Origin: Octopus bimaculoides
Taxonomy: Eukaryota
Direction: 5' to 3'
Assembly: GCF_001194135.2 (NCBI RefSeq)
Contig: NC_068986.1
Span: forward strand, 111,709,301-111,773,300
Length of the DNA: 64,000 nucleotides
A program made the translations under genes and the position numbers. Position 1 is the first letter of the stretch. The number at the start of each line of letters is the position of its first letter. The notes below the pieces were generated by a model. It saw only the letters and a list, made by a program, of their open reading frames with translations. It ran no database searches and was not told the DNA's origin. Positions 24,521 to 36,870 of this stretch are shown here, one piece after another.

Positions 24521-26110
24521 ATATGTTTGCTTATTGGCCACACAGGGCTGCACATAGGGAGGACAAAATACAAAGTAGAGCTTTTCTTCTCGGGAGGGAA
24601 AGAAAATAGAAGGTGGGGTAGAACTTCGATAAAAAGGGATCGTGATAAAAATAAAAACGATCAATAGAGATCATGTATCACAGGAGTGTCATAGTGTAAA
24701 ATGGGGAAACAAATTAGGTTTATCCGTGGAAAGAAAAAAACTAAGGAGAAGACCACGGTAACCTCGGGTAATAATGTCATGCAAAAAACATTATAGTGAC
24801 TCTCTTTTTTCCATTCCTTTTCTGGTTCATTGGACAATGCTCAAGGTGGCTCCGTCATTCACACGTGCCATCCTTGCTACATTCACCCATCGTTTTTGGA
24901 AACATTCACTAGACAAAACTTCCCTCTCTACTCTTACCTTCCTCTTCAGGTTATACTTGAAGAAGTTGATGAGAGATTCACCAGAGAGGAAAGTGTTTGT
25001 CTCTGGACCTTTCAGACACGTCCACTCTACACATTCTTTAGCCATAGCCACAAGTACGATGAAAATGTCTCTTCCCTCCCGTTTCAAGGAAGGAGGCGCG
25101 ACAACATTTACGATAGACTCGGTTGATAAACTGACTCATCCCACAGGGGATAGCAGTCGTTCGACATAGGCCCACACGTCAGAAATGGTTGGATACTGTA
25201 CGAGTGCGTGCAGGACGGTTTCGTCGCTCTGACCGCATCTCGGGCAGGTCGGCTCCGTTTTTCTTGAGCCATGCCTGTAGAGCTTATCCCGAACGGGTAG
25301 CGCTTCTCGACAGAACTGTCAGGCCAGGGATCTCTGAAAGTTTTCCATAGGTGCGGCCCAAAAGTCATCTTGAACAGTCTGGCCAGGTATTCCTCGTCGA
25401 CGCCCAGGTTCGCCCCGAGATCGTCGTCGTACCTCCCTCCACTAATCCCCTATAGAATGCGTTAGTTGTGATGCAGTCCTCAAGGTCGACCCGGAACGGT
25501 ATAATTGCTCGAGAGCAACGCGACACTCGCAGTGCCATTCGCCCTTCCACGGCCTCTTTGTGATCCACGACTGCAGTTCGGTCATGGAGACGAGCTGCGG
25601 GAAAGTGCGCCTCACAAACGGTGACCACACCTGTTCACCGTCGTATACGTAGAGCTGGAGATGTCGCAGTCTTAACGCGTGTCTGTGCATTATCAACTAC
25701 GGCATGCCCGTCCCTCTTTTTAACGGGTGTTGGCAGCAAACGGTTCACCTGACCATCAGAAAACATCCTTTTCCACAAGAAGCGGAAGAGGATGCTTCTA
25801 GTTTGGTGATAGTAGGATCGTGACAAAGCACGACGGTCAGGCGGTAGTAGATGACGTAAGCGATGTACGTTTTCGCCACCTCTACCCGACTGTTTAGGGA
25901 CAGTTTCCTCCCGGCCCATTTCCGGGCGAGAGTGACCACCCTACTCGTTATCTCGTTCCAGTTCTTCACCGTTTATAGGTTCGGACCAAACCAGACTCTG
26001 AGCAACTCGACGGGGGCGCTGGTGGACGGCATGGGCTTGCGTCTCCAGGTGCGAAGCCGCAAGCTTACTCACTTTTCCCGGTTGATTTTTCTCCTGTTAC
26101 TGCTTCGTAG
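24521..26110 (-). mobile_element. 5'-truncated L1/Tx1-type non-LTR retrotransposon: RT C-terminus, downstream ORF2 region and 3' UTR (frameshifted)
   Basis: YEAVTGEKINREK*VSLRLRTW...PVELLRVWFGP...KNWNEITSRVVTLARKWAGRKLSLNSRVEVAKTYIAYVIYYRLTVV...ILFRFLWK..., matching L1/Tx1 ORF2 (INxxKS; W..R.LS..GR...; ..F.FLW....). The terminal part reads FFKYNLKRKVRVEREVLSSECFQKRW, with a stop at 24827. GC-rich island in AT-rich flanks. Confidence 0.92.
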
Positions 26111-27819
26111 TCTTTCAGTGAAACAAATAATATATTACAGATATAAAAGTTATGTATATATACGTAGATATAAACGCATATAAAAGAGATTTATTGTGTA
26201 CGATATACACAGTACTACATATATTCCTGCGTATATATGCATACATATATACATATACATATCTATGCATATATAGATATATTTCGTACACACACACCAC
26301 ACACACATACATACATATATTTGTACATCTCTATGTACACAGGGTGTGCGAAAAAAGGATAGAGAGGGGAAGTAAGTTAGTGATTATATTTCCTACATTG
26401 TCGTGAACGAAGCTAATCACCAATACACACTGGCTTATTAACGATTTTCGAATATTTAATTCTTTACAATATTTCCCTTTTTTACTCTATATTTGCATTT
26501 TGTTTTTTAGTCATATATTTCTCTCTTATTTATTTATTTTTTTCATTTTGTTACCTTTAGAGAATCAACAATAAAATATTGGTTTATTCCTCAAGCATTT
26601 TTCGCCTCTTTATTTATTCATAAATTCATTCATGTGTTCTTCAGGGATTAGTTTTCAACGCACTGTGTTAGCTTTCTATAACATTATTGAATTCGGTAAT
26701 TGTATGGCGCCACGTTTTGGGGAGAAACGCTTCGAAATCACAGCATTTCATTTCAGATAACGAAAATTGAATAGTAAACAGAAAATAACAAGAAATAAAA
26801 CATCGCAGGTGAAAAAATATATACAGAACTCGCTAATTTTCATGATATTTCGAAAAGTCTTGCTATATTTGCTTTCATTTATTACATTAGACACATAGCT
26901 AAAATAAATCCTAAATCCACATGCAAACAATATCTATCATTGGCTTGGATATTTTCAAAGCAGGGTGTTTTTGTTTTTTTTTACATTTTCTATTCAATAT
27001 CTACTATATTTTGTTTTGTTTTCAAAGCATTAATGTTGTTTTGTTTTACAGTCTTTCTGTGTTTTTTTTTATTATTATTTTTCGAGGCCGTATGAATAGA
27101 GAAGGTCATTTGTTTTTCGCATGTGACATCGATCAATCTACCTGCTGATATATCTTGCGTAGAACTTTCAGCCGCAGCGTAACACTATCTCGAATTTCGC
27201 TTCTCTAGCTCAGTGCATTCAGATTTTACTCCCACATAATTTCAATTAATAAACCTGTCTGTATGTCTCTCTGTTTGTCTGTCTGTCACTCTCTCTCTCT
27301 CTCTCTCTTCCCCCTCTCTCTCTCTATATATATATATATGTGTGTGTGTGTGTATGTATGCTTACATGTCTGTATGTACATACATGCGTAGTATGCCAGT
27401 GCTCATAAAAAATGCTGCTAAATGTATCATTGTGTATAGTAATATATAAGTAATTTACAAGAGAAAAGATATAAAGAGTGTTTGATGTCATAAAGATAAC
27501 AAAAAGTGATGACGTCATCAACGCTCTACACTCAACTGACAATTTGTACTGAAATGCAAGTTTATTGATCTCTACATTAGTTTATTAACCCGGGAAAGCC
27601 TAAGCGAAATAATCTCTCTGTCATTCTCTCTCTCTCTCTCAATCTCTCTCTCTCTCTCTCCCTCTCTCTCTCTTAATATATATTTCTTTATTTGAGAATG
27701 AAGTCTACGAGTGGTTTCATGTTAAAAGATTAAGAGAATATCAATGTATCTTAACAATTTTTCAAGCCGATCACATGGAGAAAGGCGTTCCCCTCCATTC
27801 TGGAAAACGAATGGAGGCT

Positions 27820-27960
27820 TTCTATTATAGCTTAAGGCCGACCGAAAGCATCGTGAGTAGATTTGGTAGAAAGAACCTGAAAGAATCTAATCAATGGGCT
27901 CCCTCCCCCAAATTTCGGGCTATGTGCCTAGTGTAGGAAAGAACATATTTTTGATAGTGG
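27820..27960 (+). mobile_element. SINE fragment(s)
   Basis: ttctattatagcttaaggccgaccgaaagc...gagtagatttggtaga (family of 51853), followed by the tail ccccaaatttcgggctatgtgcctagtgtaggaaaga. Confidence 0.7.
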
Positions 27961-27964
27961 TATG

Positions 27965-29218
27965 GCTGCCTTATTTATGTAGTGAAATTCCAGTATCCAT
28001 GAGTGTGGAAAACTGTCGAATGCTTTCTGATAATCAATCCAAGTCATGTTCAGCTTTGTCTTTCTACTGTTACAGTCCTCTATAATTGATCAGTTTACCA
28101 GAAGTTGCTCCTTACAACCATACAGCCATCTCCGGTACTCTTTTTGCTTTCCTGGTAAGACATTGTTATTTTCCGGGAGCTTTAAAAGCCGGTGACAGAT
28201 GTTAGGATCTTGTATGATGTTGACAGGCATGAAATTTGTCTGTAATTTTTTGAGTGTACGGTATCTTTGTTACTGGGAATTAGTGTGGTTTTCCCTTCCA
28301 GCATCCAGCTTGGTGTTGATTCTGGCTCATGTATAAATAAATTGAACACAGCCACTAAGTGGTTGTGGGTACTGGTGAGGTGTTTCAACAAGAAGTTTGA
28401 GACTTTGTCAATCCCTGGAGTTTTTCCAGCTGCTGGTACTCTTCAGTGTGTCCATGATCTCTTGGCATGTGATGGTGGGCCATATCTGTTGTTCTGTTGT
28501 GTTCTTTCTTTCGTTTTCCCTACTAACCCGCTGAGCATTTTTTTTTTTTTGTGGGAGGTGGCTTTGCTCCATATTGCTTCCCAGTATAACTGAATCGCTG
28601 ATGTTGTCAGCTTGCCATCTATTGATATAGTTCTTTTGCTTAACTTTCTATAAAAACTTATTGCATTTATTTCGAAAAACTTAATTTTATTGGAAGAGGC
28701 TTCCCTGTTTTTCAAACCGTTTCACGAAGAAGGTTTTAGCTGCTATGTCCTCCTTATTGTTGTTGTTTTTTTTACCTAACAGATATCTTTTTTATTCTTT
28801 ATATTGTATTGTTTTGGGATATGCGTCTTTTTTTTAGTTTTCTTATTTGATCACGTTTTCTCTAATTACCAAAGTTACGCTAAGTCTTTCTTTTGTTTCT
28901 GAATTTTATTTATTATGTTCTGTTTCCATTTTCGGGTTTGAGATTCGGCTGTTTTTTTTTGTTTTTCCTTTGTAAGGGTTATAGATATTACTAAAGTGGT
29001 TGAGTAGATCAAGTCATTTAGTTTTTTGATATCAAGTGTAACTTTTGATATGGTCATTGGTACTGGTAAAGCTCTGTTCCTATCTATTTATCCTTTCATT
29101 GAGCTCTTTATTTTTCTCTACCTTGGGGAGACGTTTACGCTGGTCTACATTTATCAAACGTGTAATGTTTAATTCTTCTACTTTTGTTATTTCTCCAGTC
29201 GGTTCTTCTCACTCTTCT
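27965..29218 (-). mobile_element. R4/Dong-type (RLE clade) LINE fragment: N-terminal region and first RT motifs
   Basis: RKRLPKV; LNDLIYSTTLVI...KWKQNIINKIQKQKKDL; FFEINAISFYRKL...YWEAIWS; LKHLTSTHNHL...WMLEGKTTLIP...SKNYRQISCLSTSYKILTS; GCKEQLLVN; MTWIDYQKAFDSFPHSWIL (RT motif WIDYxKAFDSVPHxWI). Confidence 0.9.
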
Positions 29219-29265
29219 GTTACTATAATAATAATAATAATAATAATAATAATTATTATTATTAT

Positions 29266-30365
29266 CATTCTCACAGCTTATTTTGCTGGGTATGATGGAA
29301 AGTATCAGCTTTCTACAGCCAGCAGACTAAGGTGACACTACTTTACGGGTCATGCCCCAAGAGCCCTGCGAAAAATTCTTGCTGTTCCAAGTAATGCTGA
29401 TTTTTGTAGGTGTTTAACCTTCACACTTGCACTGATCTTTATCCGCCATGTTAGTAGTTGAGTGCTGATACTTCCAAGTACACCAATTACCATTGCTATC
29501 ACGTCTACTCTCTTCATTGACTGCAACCTTCGTATTTTCCCCTCCTTATAGTTATAATTGTTTATTTTTTCTTCTTCTTTCGCATTGATCCTGTTGTCGC
29601 CGGGCTATGCTATGTCAATTATCGTATATGTTCTTTCTTTTTTATTCAGCGCAGCAAAGGCCGGTTTCCTATGTCTGGTCAGGTGATCGCACTGGATCAT
29701 TACAACTCACAGGATTTTGCATTTCTAATTTTCGTTGACTTCTTCTAGTGGTGGTTCGTACTACCTCTTTGCTCTTTGTAGGCCGTGATTGCCAGAGAGC
29801 TTCCACTGGTTCATTCTTCGGACATTGTCATGACTTCGTTTGTATTCGCGTTGTGCCAATGCGGGCATTTGCTAACGATTTGCCATACCCTTTCACTCCT
29901 CTCACCACACATTCTACGTTTGTCGTTATCGGTAATGTTGTCTATTCTGCACTTCATACAATTGGCCCTTAGCACTTGTTCCTGAGTTGCGCATATTAGT
30001 GCTTCTCTCTCTATCTTCAGGTCATTCCTCCTCTTCATCCATAGCCACTGGTCCTCTGTATCTGTCTTGGCGTTCACATCTCTTGCAAACTGACTTTACA
30101 TTTTTCCTTCCATGCTTTTTCTGTTTTTTTTTTTAGTTATACAACTTGAAGTTATGATGACGCCGGCCTTCTTCGTGTCTTTCAACAGTAACTCCACGGC
30201 ACTTTTTATATACCACCCTAGGCCGTTTTTCTCTGCTTACCTACAATCCTAGTAACTGACTAAACCTCTCCCACCCTTTCTTCTAGAAAAGTACAGCCTA
30301 TCGGTTTCTCTCTCTGCGTGGAAGTCTCCGTGTAATGTCAAGATTTTTCTGGTCTTGGTATCCAT
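29266..30365 (-). mobile_element. 5'-truncated R4/Dong-type LINE: RT end, CCHC zinc knuckle, restriction-like endonuclease, 3' UTR and (TAA)n tail
   Basis: DTKTRKILTLHGDFHAERETDRLYFSRRKGGRGL; LKIEREALICATQEQVLRAN...KRRMCGERSERVWQIVSKC; VDVIAMVIGVLG...LQKSALLGTARIFRRAL, stop at 29350-29352. The tail gaatgataataataat runs into the 29225-29265 TAA/TTA tract. Confidence 0.92.
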
Positions 30366-30430
30366 TATTATTATTATTGCACTTCTTCTTATCATTATTA
30401 TTATTGTTCTTCTTCTTTTTTTTCTTAACC

Positions 30431-30483
<53 letters not shown>

Positions 30484-30500
30484 GTTGTTCTTCTTATCAT
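30366..30500. repeat. (TTA)n/(TTC)n microsatellite at the 5' junction of the Dong-type element
   Basis: Direct. Confidence 0.9.
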
Positions 30501-32499
30501 TATTGTTATTAATGTTATCTGCGTAGTGATGTCAAATTTTGCTTCTATCAGAGATGGGTTTTATGTGAGGAGAAGCCATTTGGAGAAGAAATGTAAAAAG
30601 AGAAGGAGGAACTCAAAGACTTTGCATCTGCTCTGTATAATGTTAAGAGGAGATTTCCTATTGGAAATTATCCAAAAATTAATATTATTCTCTTAGTTTT
30701 ACTTGGTTAAATTTTTCAAAATCTCGGCGCTAGACGAAGACACTGCAGCTCAAGGCAACTTACAAAAGCAACAAGAAAAACAACTTTATTAATAATAATC
30801 TTTTATTACGTGGATGATAATAAGAGAATGTCATTATATAAAACTTGTTTTCTGTTTCCGTGTGGATTTGCATTTAGAAATTATGTTAAATAGAAACATG
30901 CCAAATATTGTGAAGGTAAGGAAGTAATGGACGGTCATAAGAAACGGAAAAACAGCGGCAGCAACATTAAGGAGCAGGATTTCAATGACTTTCAATTGTT
31001 CAGTAGTAATATATTTCATAATTCTTGTTTGATTTTCTTACATTTACCTTGATTAGTTCTTCCTCTGCTTTATTGCTAAAAGATGAACATAGTAAGGTTT
31101 TTCGTTTAATGGCAATAAGATGGCGTGATTCTAATTACTTAATATCTGAACTGAATTATTGAAATAGGTTGGATATGAACGAATATAAATAATACGAAAT
31201 AATATTACAAAACATATATAACTTGAATAACAAAATGAAATTAATTTCGAACGACAGCATTAAAAAGTAAAGCAGAGATAAAGGAAACGGAAAAAAATGC
31301 ATTATAGGTATATGTAGGAATATAAAATAAACACCAACCTATAATTAAATAGACATTATTAATATGCATTTGGTAAAGAAAGCAAAGCACGAATCATAGG
31401 AAGTTTAATATTGATATATTTGTTTAGTTATTATTAATCCTATGAATATTATTATTGTTGTGATTTTCGTTATTCTTTTACTTCATCATTATCTTATTCT
31501 TCTTCTTATTATTCTTGTTGATGCTCTTGTAGTGGGTGTTGTTGTTTTTCTTCTTCTTGTTATTATTTTTCCAAAGTCGTTATTCATTCCATTCTCAGTT
31601 TTATGATCATTTACCGGAGTTTGATGTCTTTAGGAGCAAATTATAACCAGCAATTTTGTGTTCTAAAACCTGTTATATTTATTTTATTCGCCACTTAATC
31701 TATATTTCTAACACGCTCTTTTATATTCCAGCTCTTCATAATAACATTTTTTTTTGTTTGTTTTCTCTGCAGTGATTCTGAATTAAGGCTCATTTCTGTT
31801 TTGCCGAGCAAGTTTCTAGTCTATTAGTTATCATAGTTGAAAATTATTGTTGATGTTCTTGTTGTTCTGTTTTGTTCTTTACAAACCATGTTATCCCTGA
31901 TTGAGCAACCGTGTGATCAAAGGTGTTTAAGCTGTGATCAATCGTTTATTTTAAAAGTGTAATTTCAAGCATTACATTAATGTAGCCACACTACACTTTC
32001 CATATTTCCCACTCTATACTCACTGCATGATACTGAATATCATAGCCATACTATTCTCGAGTATAGAATAGTTAGCAATAGTATTATTGTGGCAATGCTA
32101 GCAACACTATTGCCGCTACGCTATACTATAAAAATAAAAGTATTCATAATGAAAGTAATATTATATATTTCACTTCACTGCATTAACTATCCTACCTATC
32201 CTAGCAACGTTATGTTTGCTACAGTGCTCTAGTAACCATACGATGCATTGTACGAACTCTTATGATAAAACTCTCCTTGCTACTCTGTCCTAGATATCGA
32301 AGTCTACAACAGCATAATTTTCTCTACTATCCAAGACTATATCAATCTAGCGACTCTAAGTAGGTATTCATACCACATAATCATAACAACAGCTTCGCTA
32401 CATTATCCTATATTTCATTACTAAGATGTTGGGGGATACAATAATATTGCCGCGTATTTTGCTTAGAATGTATGTTGTATATTCTTCTTTTGTAAGAGG

Positions 32500-33100
32500 A
32501 ACCGCATGCAGCCTTGTTCCTTTGCTAGAAATGTTATTATTATTATTGGTGTTACTTCGGTTTGCTTTGATGTCTACCTTTCAACATTTATATTTATTCA
32601 TTTTGTCTTGTTCTTTCATTCTTAATGTCGCCAGCTATTGCAATACCAACTAGGTATATTTATGTTCATTGCTTTTTACTATAAAACTCTCGTGTCTGCT
32701 ACTATGTATTTACGGTCGTTTTCAATGAGACAATCCTAAATCATATTGGTTTCTTTAAACGCTATAATACTTGCAGTTTGCTGCCCATACAATTTCTCTG
32801 TCCATTCTAATGTATATTTTCGACATAATTTCCAATTGATAATGAAAAGGACAGACATATATATTTTTTGCTGTCTTTCTGGTATAATCGTCTGCATACA
32901 CCTATAAAATATACCACAAATTCGCCGTTTCCATAATACGGATTCAGGGGTTATGTTTGCATAGTTATTGATCAGATTTCTTCTGACGACTTCTTCCTTT
33001 GCCACGAAATCAGTGCTTCTTACGGGGATGTAAAGACGACGATTTTCATTTATGAAAATGATATAACCACATCCACACATTTAGGATTCCACATTTACAA
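32500..33100 (-). mobile_element. Old decayed R4/Dong-type LINE fragment (zinc knuckle/RLE region)
   Basis: INWKLCRKYTLEWTEKLYGQQ (cf. IHWKLCxKYxL..EKWYEHQP); VGIAIAGD (cf. IDIAVPGD); TEVTPIII (cf. xVIPIVIG). Confidence 0.7.
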
Positions 33101-33944
33101 AACTATACAAAACTTTCTTTTGTTGTAAGGAAATCTTTGTTGCAGACTCTTCGAGTCTAATAAATTCTTCAATCTTAATTTCCTATTTCGGTCTTTCTCT
33201 TATCGGAGATACCACGCTCTGCATTACATAATAATTTACACTGCAACTCTCAGTCTCACCATATACTTCAATAATACAATCTAACCTCCTGATGACAGAC
33301 TTGCTTTCGTCACACTTAACCTTCATTTGTACTGCTGCAACAATAATGACAAATTCCCTTCACAAATATCTGGTCTATTCCTGGGGAATATATTCGTTCC
33401 GGTTTCTCTTATTGAACATCCGCTAGCCATCCATTTTATGTCATTCATTGTAGTAGCATCAAGTAATAACTACTAGCCAATTCACCCATTATTTCATCCC
33501 CAATAATTGTTGTAGATCTTTGCAATTCCGTCTCTTTCCTGCAGTCGTCTGTTTGCAACTGATCGAGAAGAGAATTAAATGTTTCAGTTTAACCGATCTT
33601 ACAAGACTTGTGCAATACATAGGGACAGCGCTTGTTTTATGCCAAGAACTGAAAAATGATCAAAAAGAGATTAATAATCTACACCCTCTTTTTTTCTAAT
33701 GTAGAAGCTTCCTCGTTGCTCATTTTATGACGTTCTGTATTACACCTTAAATGAGCATGTATGTTAACTACTTTAATGTTACTTGCATTATAATCTCTGG
33801 CAAATGTAATTTGGACGTTTATTATTTTATCTAAATCATCTAAAACTAAGTAAGTTCAGCCTCTTTTTGTTGCTGTTGGTAAGATCGTTATCTTAACCGG
33901 CATCGTCAAAACTACCTGTGTCTCTATTCAATTCGATAAGGCAG

Positions 33945-34069
33945 TTTAAAAGAGAAGTGGATTCCGCAAAACCAACGATCAACACAATTTCCTTGAACGC
34001 TGGTCCAAAAACGTATAATTCTAATAAGATATTCTATCAAGGTAGAAAGATAAAAGTGATTCCCCAAAG
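33945..34069 (+). CDS. Candidate 125-nt exon (FKREVDSAKPTINTISLNAGPKTYNSNKIFYQGRKIKVIPQ), phase 0-2
   Basis: 41 open codons in AT-rich DNA ending at the strong donor AAG|gtaaga. The acceptor (ttcgataaggcag) is only moderate. No homology recognised. Confidence 0.3.
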
Positions 34070-34431
34070 GTAAGATTTGTAGAATATCTGTAGACGGTTC
34101 ACCAAATTATGCCCAGTCGATTTAACTAGTGATAGATAATCATCAGCACAACAGCATAAGAGTTAAACATAAGCTTATTAATGACTAAATGGAAATGTAG
34201 AGCTACTTTTCCCTTCAAGAAGACAAATTACAAAAAGAACACCTTCCAACAAAAAGTACATACCTGTTTTGAGTGGATTTAAGAAAATCCCAGCATTTCT
34301 TTAATACTATTGTTGCCTTCCAGCAAGAGCAGTTTACGGAATCAACATCTCCAGCAACAATGGGATAGAATATTTCATCACAATGAAGATATGATCGCCA
34401 ATAAAAATAACTGGGTCCATCCTTGATAGCG

Positions 34432-34434
<3 letters not shown>

Positions 34435-34486
<52 letters not shown>

Positions 34487-34501
34487 GTAATAATAATAAT
34501 A

Positions 34502-34532
<31 letters not shown>

Positions 34533-34603
34533 TAGTAATAATAATAATAATAATAATAATAGTAATAATAATAATAGTAATAATAATAATAATAGTAATA
34601 ATA
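34435..34603. repeat. Long (AAT)n array with periodic AGT interruptions
   Basis: Direct; source of the poly-N/poly-Y/poly-I ORF artefacts. Confidence 0.97.
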
Positions 34604-35421
34604 AGAGACTGAAGGATTTTTAATTGCTGCACAAGACCAAAGCCTCCCCACCAGAAATTACCAAAAACACATAATGAAAATAAATATAACAAGTAACTGT
34701 AGAATATGTGGAGATCGACAAGAAACNNNNNNNNNNNNNNNNNNNNNNNNNNNNNNNNNNNNNNNNNNNNNNNNNNNNNNNNNNNNNNNNNNNNNNNNNN
34801 NNNNNNNNNNNNNNNNNNNNNNNNNNNNNNNNNNNNNNNNNNNNNNNNNNNNNNNNNNNNNNNNNNNNNNNNNNNNNNNNNNNNNNNNNNNNNNNNNNNN
34901 NNNNNNNNNNNNNNNNNNNNNNNNNNNNNNNNNNNNNNNNNNNNNNNNNNNNNNNNNNNNNNNNNNNNNNNNNNNNNNNNNNNNNNNNNNNNNNNNNNNN
35001 NNNNNNNNNNNNNNNNNNNNNNNNNNNNNNNNNNNNNNNNNNNNNNNNNNNNNNNNNNNNNNNNNNNNNNNNNNNNNNNNNNNNNNNNNNNNGAAATAGA
35101 GATAACTCGAATGTGGAATCTAAAAACAGAAACAATTCCTATCATAGTAGGTGCCTTAGGTATAATAAAAAAATATTCAGACAAATACATAACAAAAATA
35201 GCAGGACTTACAAATATATATAACATACAGAAAATTGCACTACTGGGTACTGCACACATTCTACGCAAAACACTTTCAATACAGTAAACATAAGAGCATC
35301 ACAGCAAACCACAGCACATACCCAAGTCGCACAGAGCTGCGCTCGGTAGTGAAGTGAAAGCATGTTATAAAAATAAAACTACTGAATAATAATAATAATA
35401 ATAATTATAATAATAATAATA
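34604..35421 (+). mobile_element. 5'-truncated R4/Dong-type LINE (internal gap) with (TAA)n on both sides
   Basis: ETEGFLIAAQDQSLPTRNYQKHIMKINITSNCRICGDRQE [gap] EITRMWNLKTETIPIIVGALG...IQKIALLGTAHILRKTLSIQ* (stop 35285-35287). The 3' UTR is followed by (TAA)n from 35385. Reading frames flanking the gap are clean, suggesting a young copy. Confidence 0.93.
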
Positions 35422-36699
35422 AGCCAGTGGAATCAATCTGAACGTGCTTACAGTATATGTTACATCATAGCTGGTACGGATGTAGCATCAATATATATTT
35501 ATCAGTTGATACTGATTTGGAAGAAGATGGGTGTGTACGTGGAACATTTGATATTTATAATCTGCAACGTTGATACCAGTCACCTATTGCCTCATTTAAA
35601 GTTTATATCAAACTATGTATATTAAATATATACGATATGAATAAATTTGCCCCAAGCAGACAGGACAAAAATATGAACTTGTCAATGGAAAGGCCGTTGT
35701 GAAAGACGTCCATGGGGCACTGACAATGATAGAATGCACTCGAGAAAGTTGGAAGGGGGATACAGAAGAATAAGGAACGTCAAAGCACGTGCTTGTTGTA
35801 TCAGCGTATGAACCACATTAAGGACGATATTATAATTACACTTTAATAATAAACTATAAACTCACAAGAATGTGTTGGCAACACTGCAGGCATGACTCAT
35901 CTCTTACCTGCTTAGTAAAATAAGTAACTCTTGTTACTCTAGTAATGTAGACTCTATTTATTGAGGACATCTATACTGTGGTATGCACAACAAATGAGAT
36001 AAAGTTGCAGTACAGAGGGACAGAGAAAATGTTCAAAACTATCTTGATGAAAACGGAAAAGACTCCATGCAGCAGAGTAAAATCTAGAACTGGTTGAGAA
36101 GAAAAACAAAAACGCTAGAAAAGATAAGACCCTGGTGTATCAGTGCGTCGAGAGAGGAGCTGTTACTGATATTTGGGGAGACATTACATGAAGCAAAGCT
36201 AACAAAATTGGTGGAGAAAACATTGAATGACTGTTTCGTATTCCGTGCTTATTCAGTGACAATTGTTGGGCTGACAAACAAAATAGTGTAGAAGCGACAG
36301 ATAACGTGCAGGAATACGAATTGCAGCATCACATGAGATGCAGAGTAGTGACACAACCACAATGCATATACGAGAAACGACCAGAATCATAGATAAAAGA
36401 ATCGAATCAGAGAAAATTGTCGTGAGTTCAATGTCAAGAAGCAAACATCCATTAAGTCTGAACGAACTTAACAGAAATATAAATGGATGAATATGCAATG
36501 TTGAAACCAAATGATTTCTGCATATACACGAGAGCAGATTAAAGAAGTGTTTAAAAAGGGGAGGCATTTTTCCAACCGCACGCATTCAATACAATAAATT
36601 GAATAAGGTAACAACGACCAAACTCCACCAGGGTAATCGAACATTAAGGATACTCGATGAAAACTCAATAACGCCAAATACGCCTGTATAATCTGTTTC

Positions 36700-36870
36700 C
36701 TTCAACATAAGTAAACAAAAGACATAGCAATACATTTCGGTTTGAAATATTGGCTGTAGGCCAGCAATTTCAAGGGTACGAGTAGTTGATTTCATTGACC
36801 TCAATGCATATCTGTTACATATATTATCGACGCCAAAAGGAAGAAAAGCATAGTAGACCGCGACTGAATA
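36700..36870 (-). mobile_element. Old SINE
   Basis: ggccagcaattt...gttgatttcattgacctcaatg...ttatcgacgccaaaagga is the reverse complement of the SINE body/tail. Confidence 0.6.

Noticed and set aside
34334-34651. Poly-Tyr / poly-Asn / poly-Ile ORFs (also 14225-14637 and 30249-30696)
   Set aside because: Trinucleotide microsatellite translations.
35640-36600. LINE-like purine-rich stretch
   Set aside because: Probably a decayed retroelement, but no diagnostic motif could be read, so it was not called.
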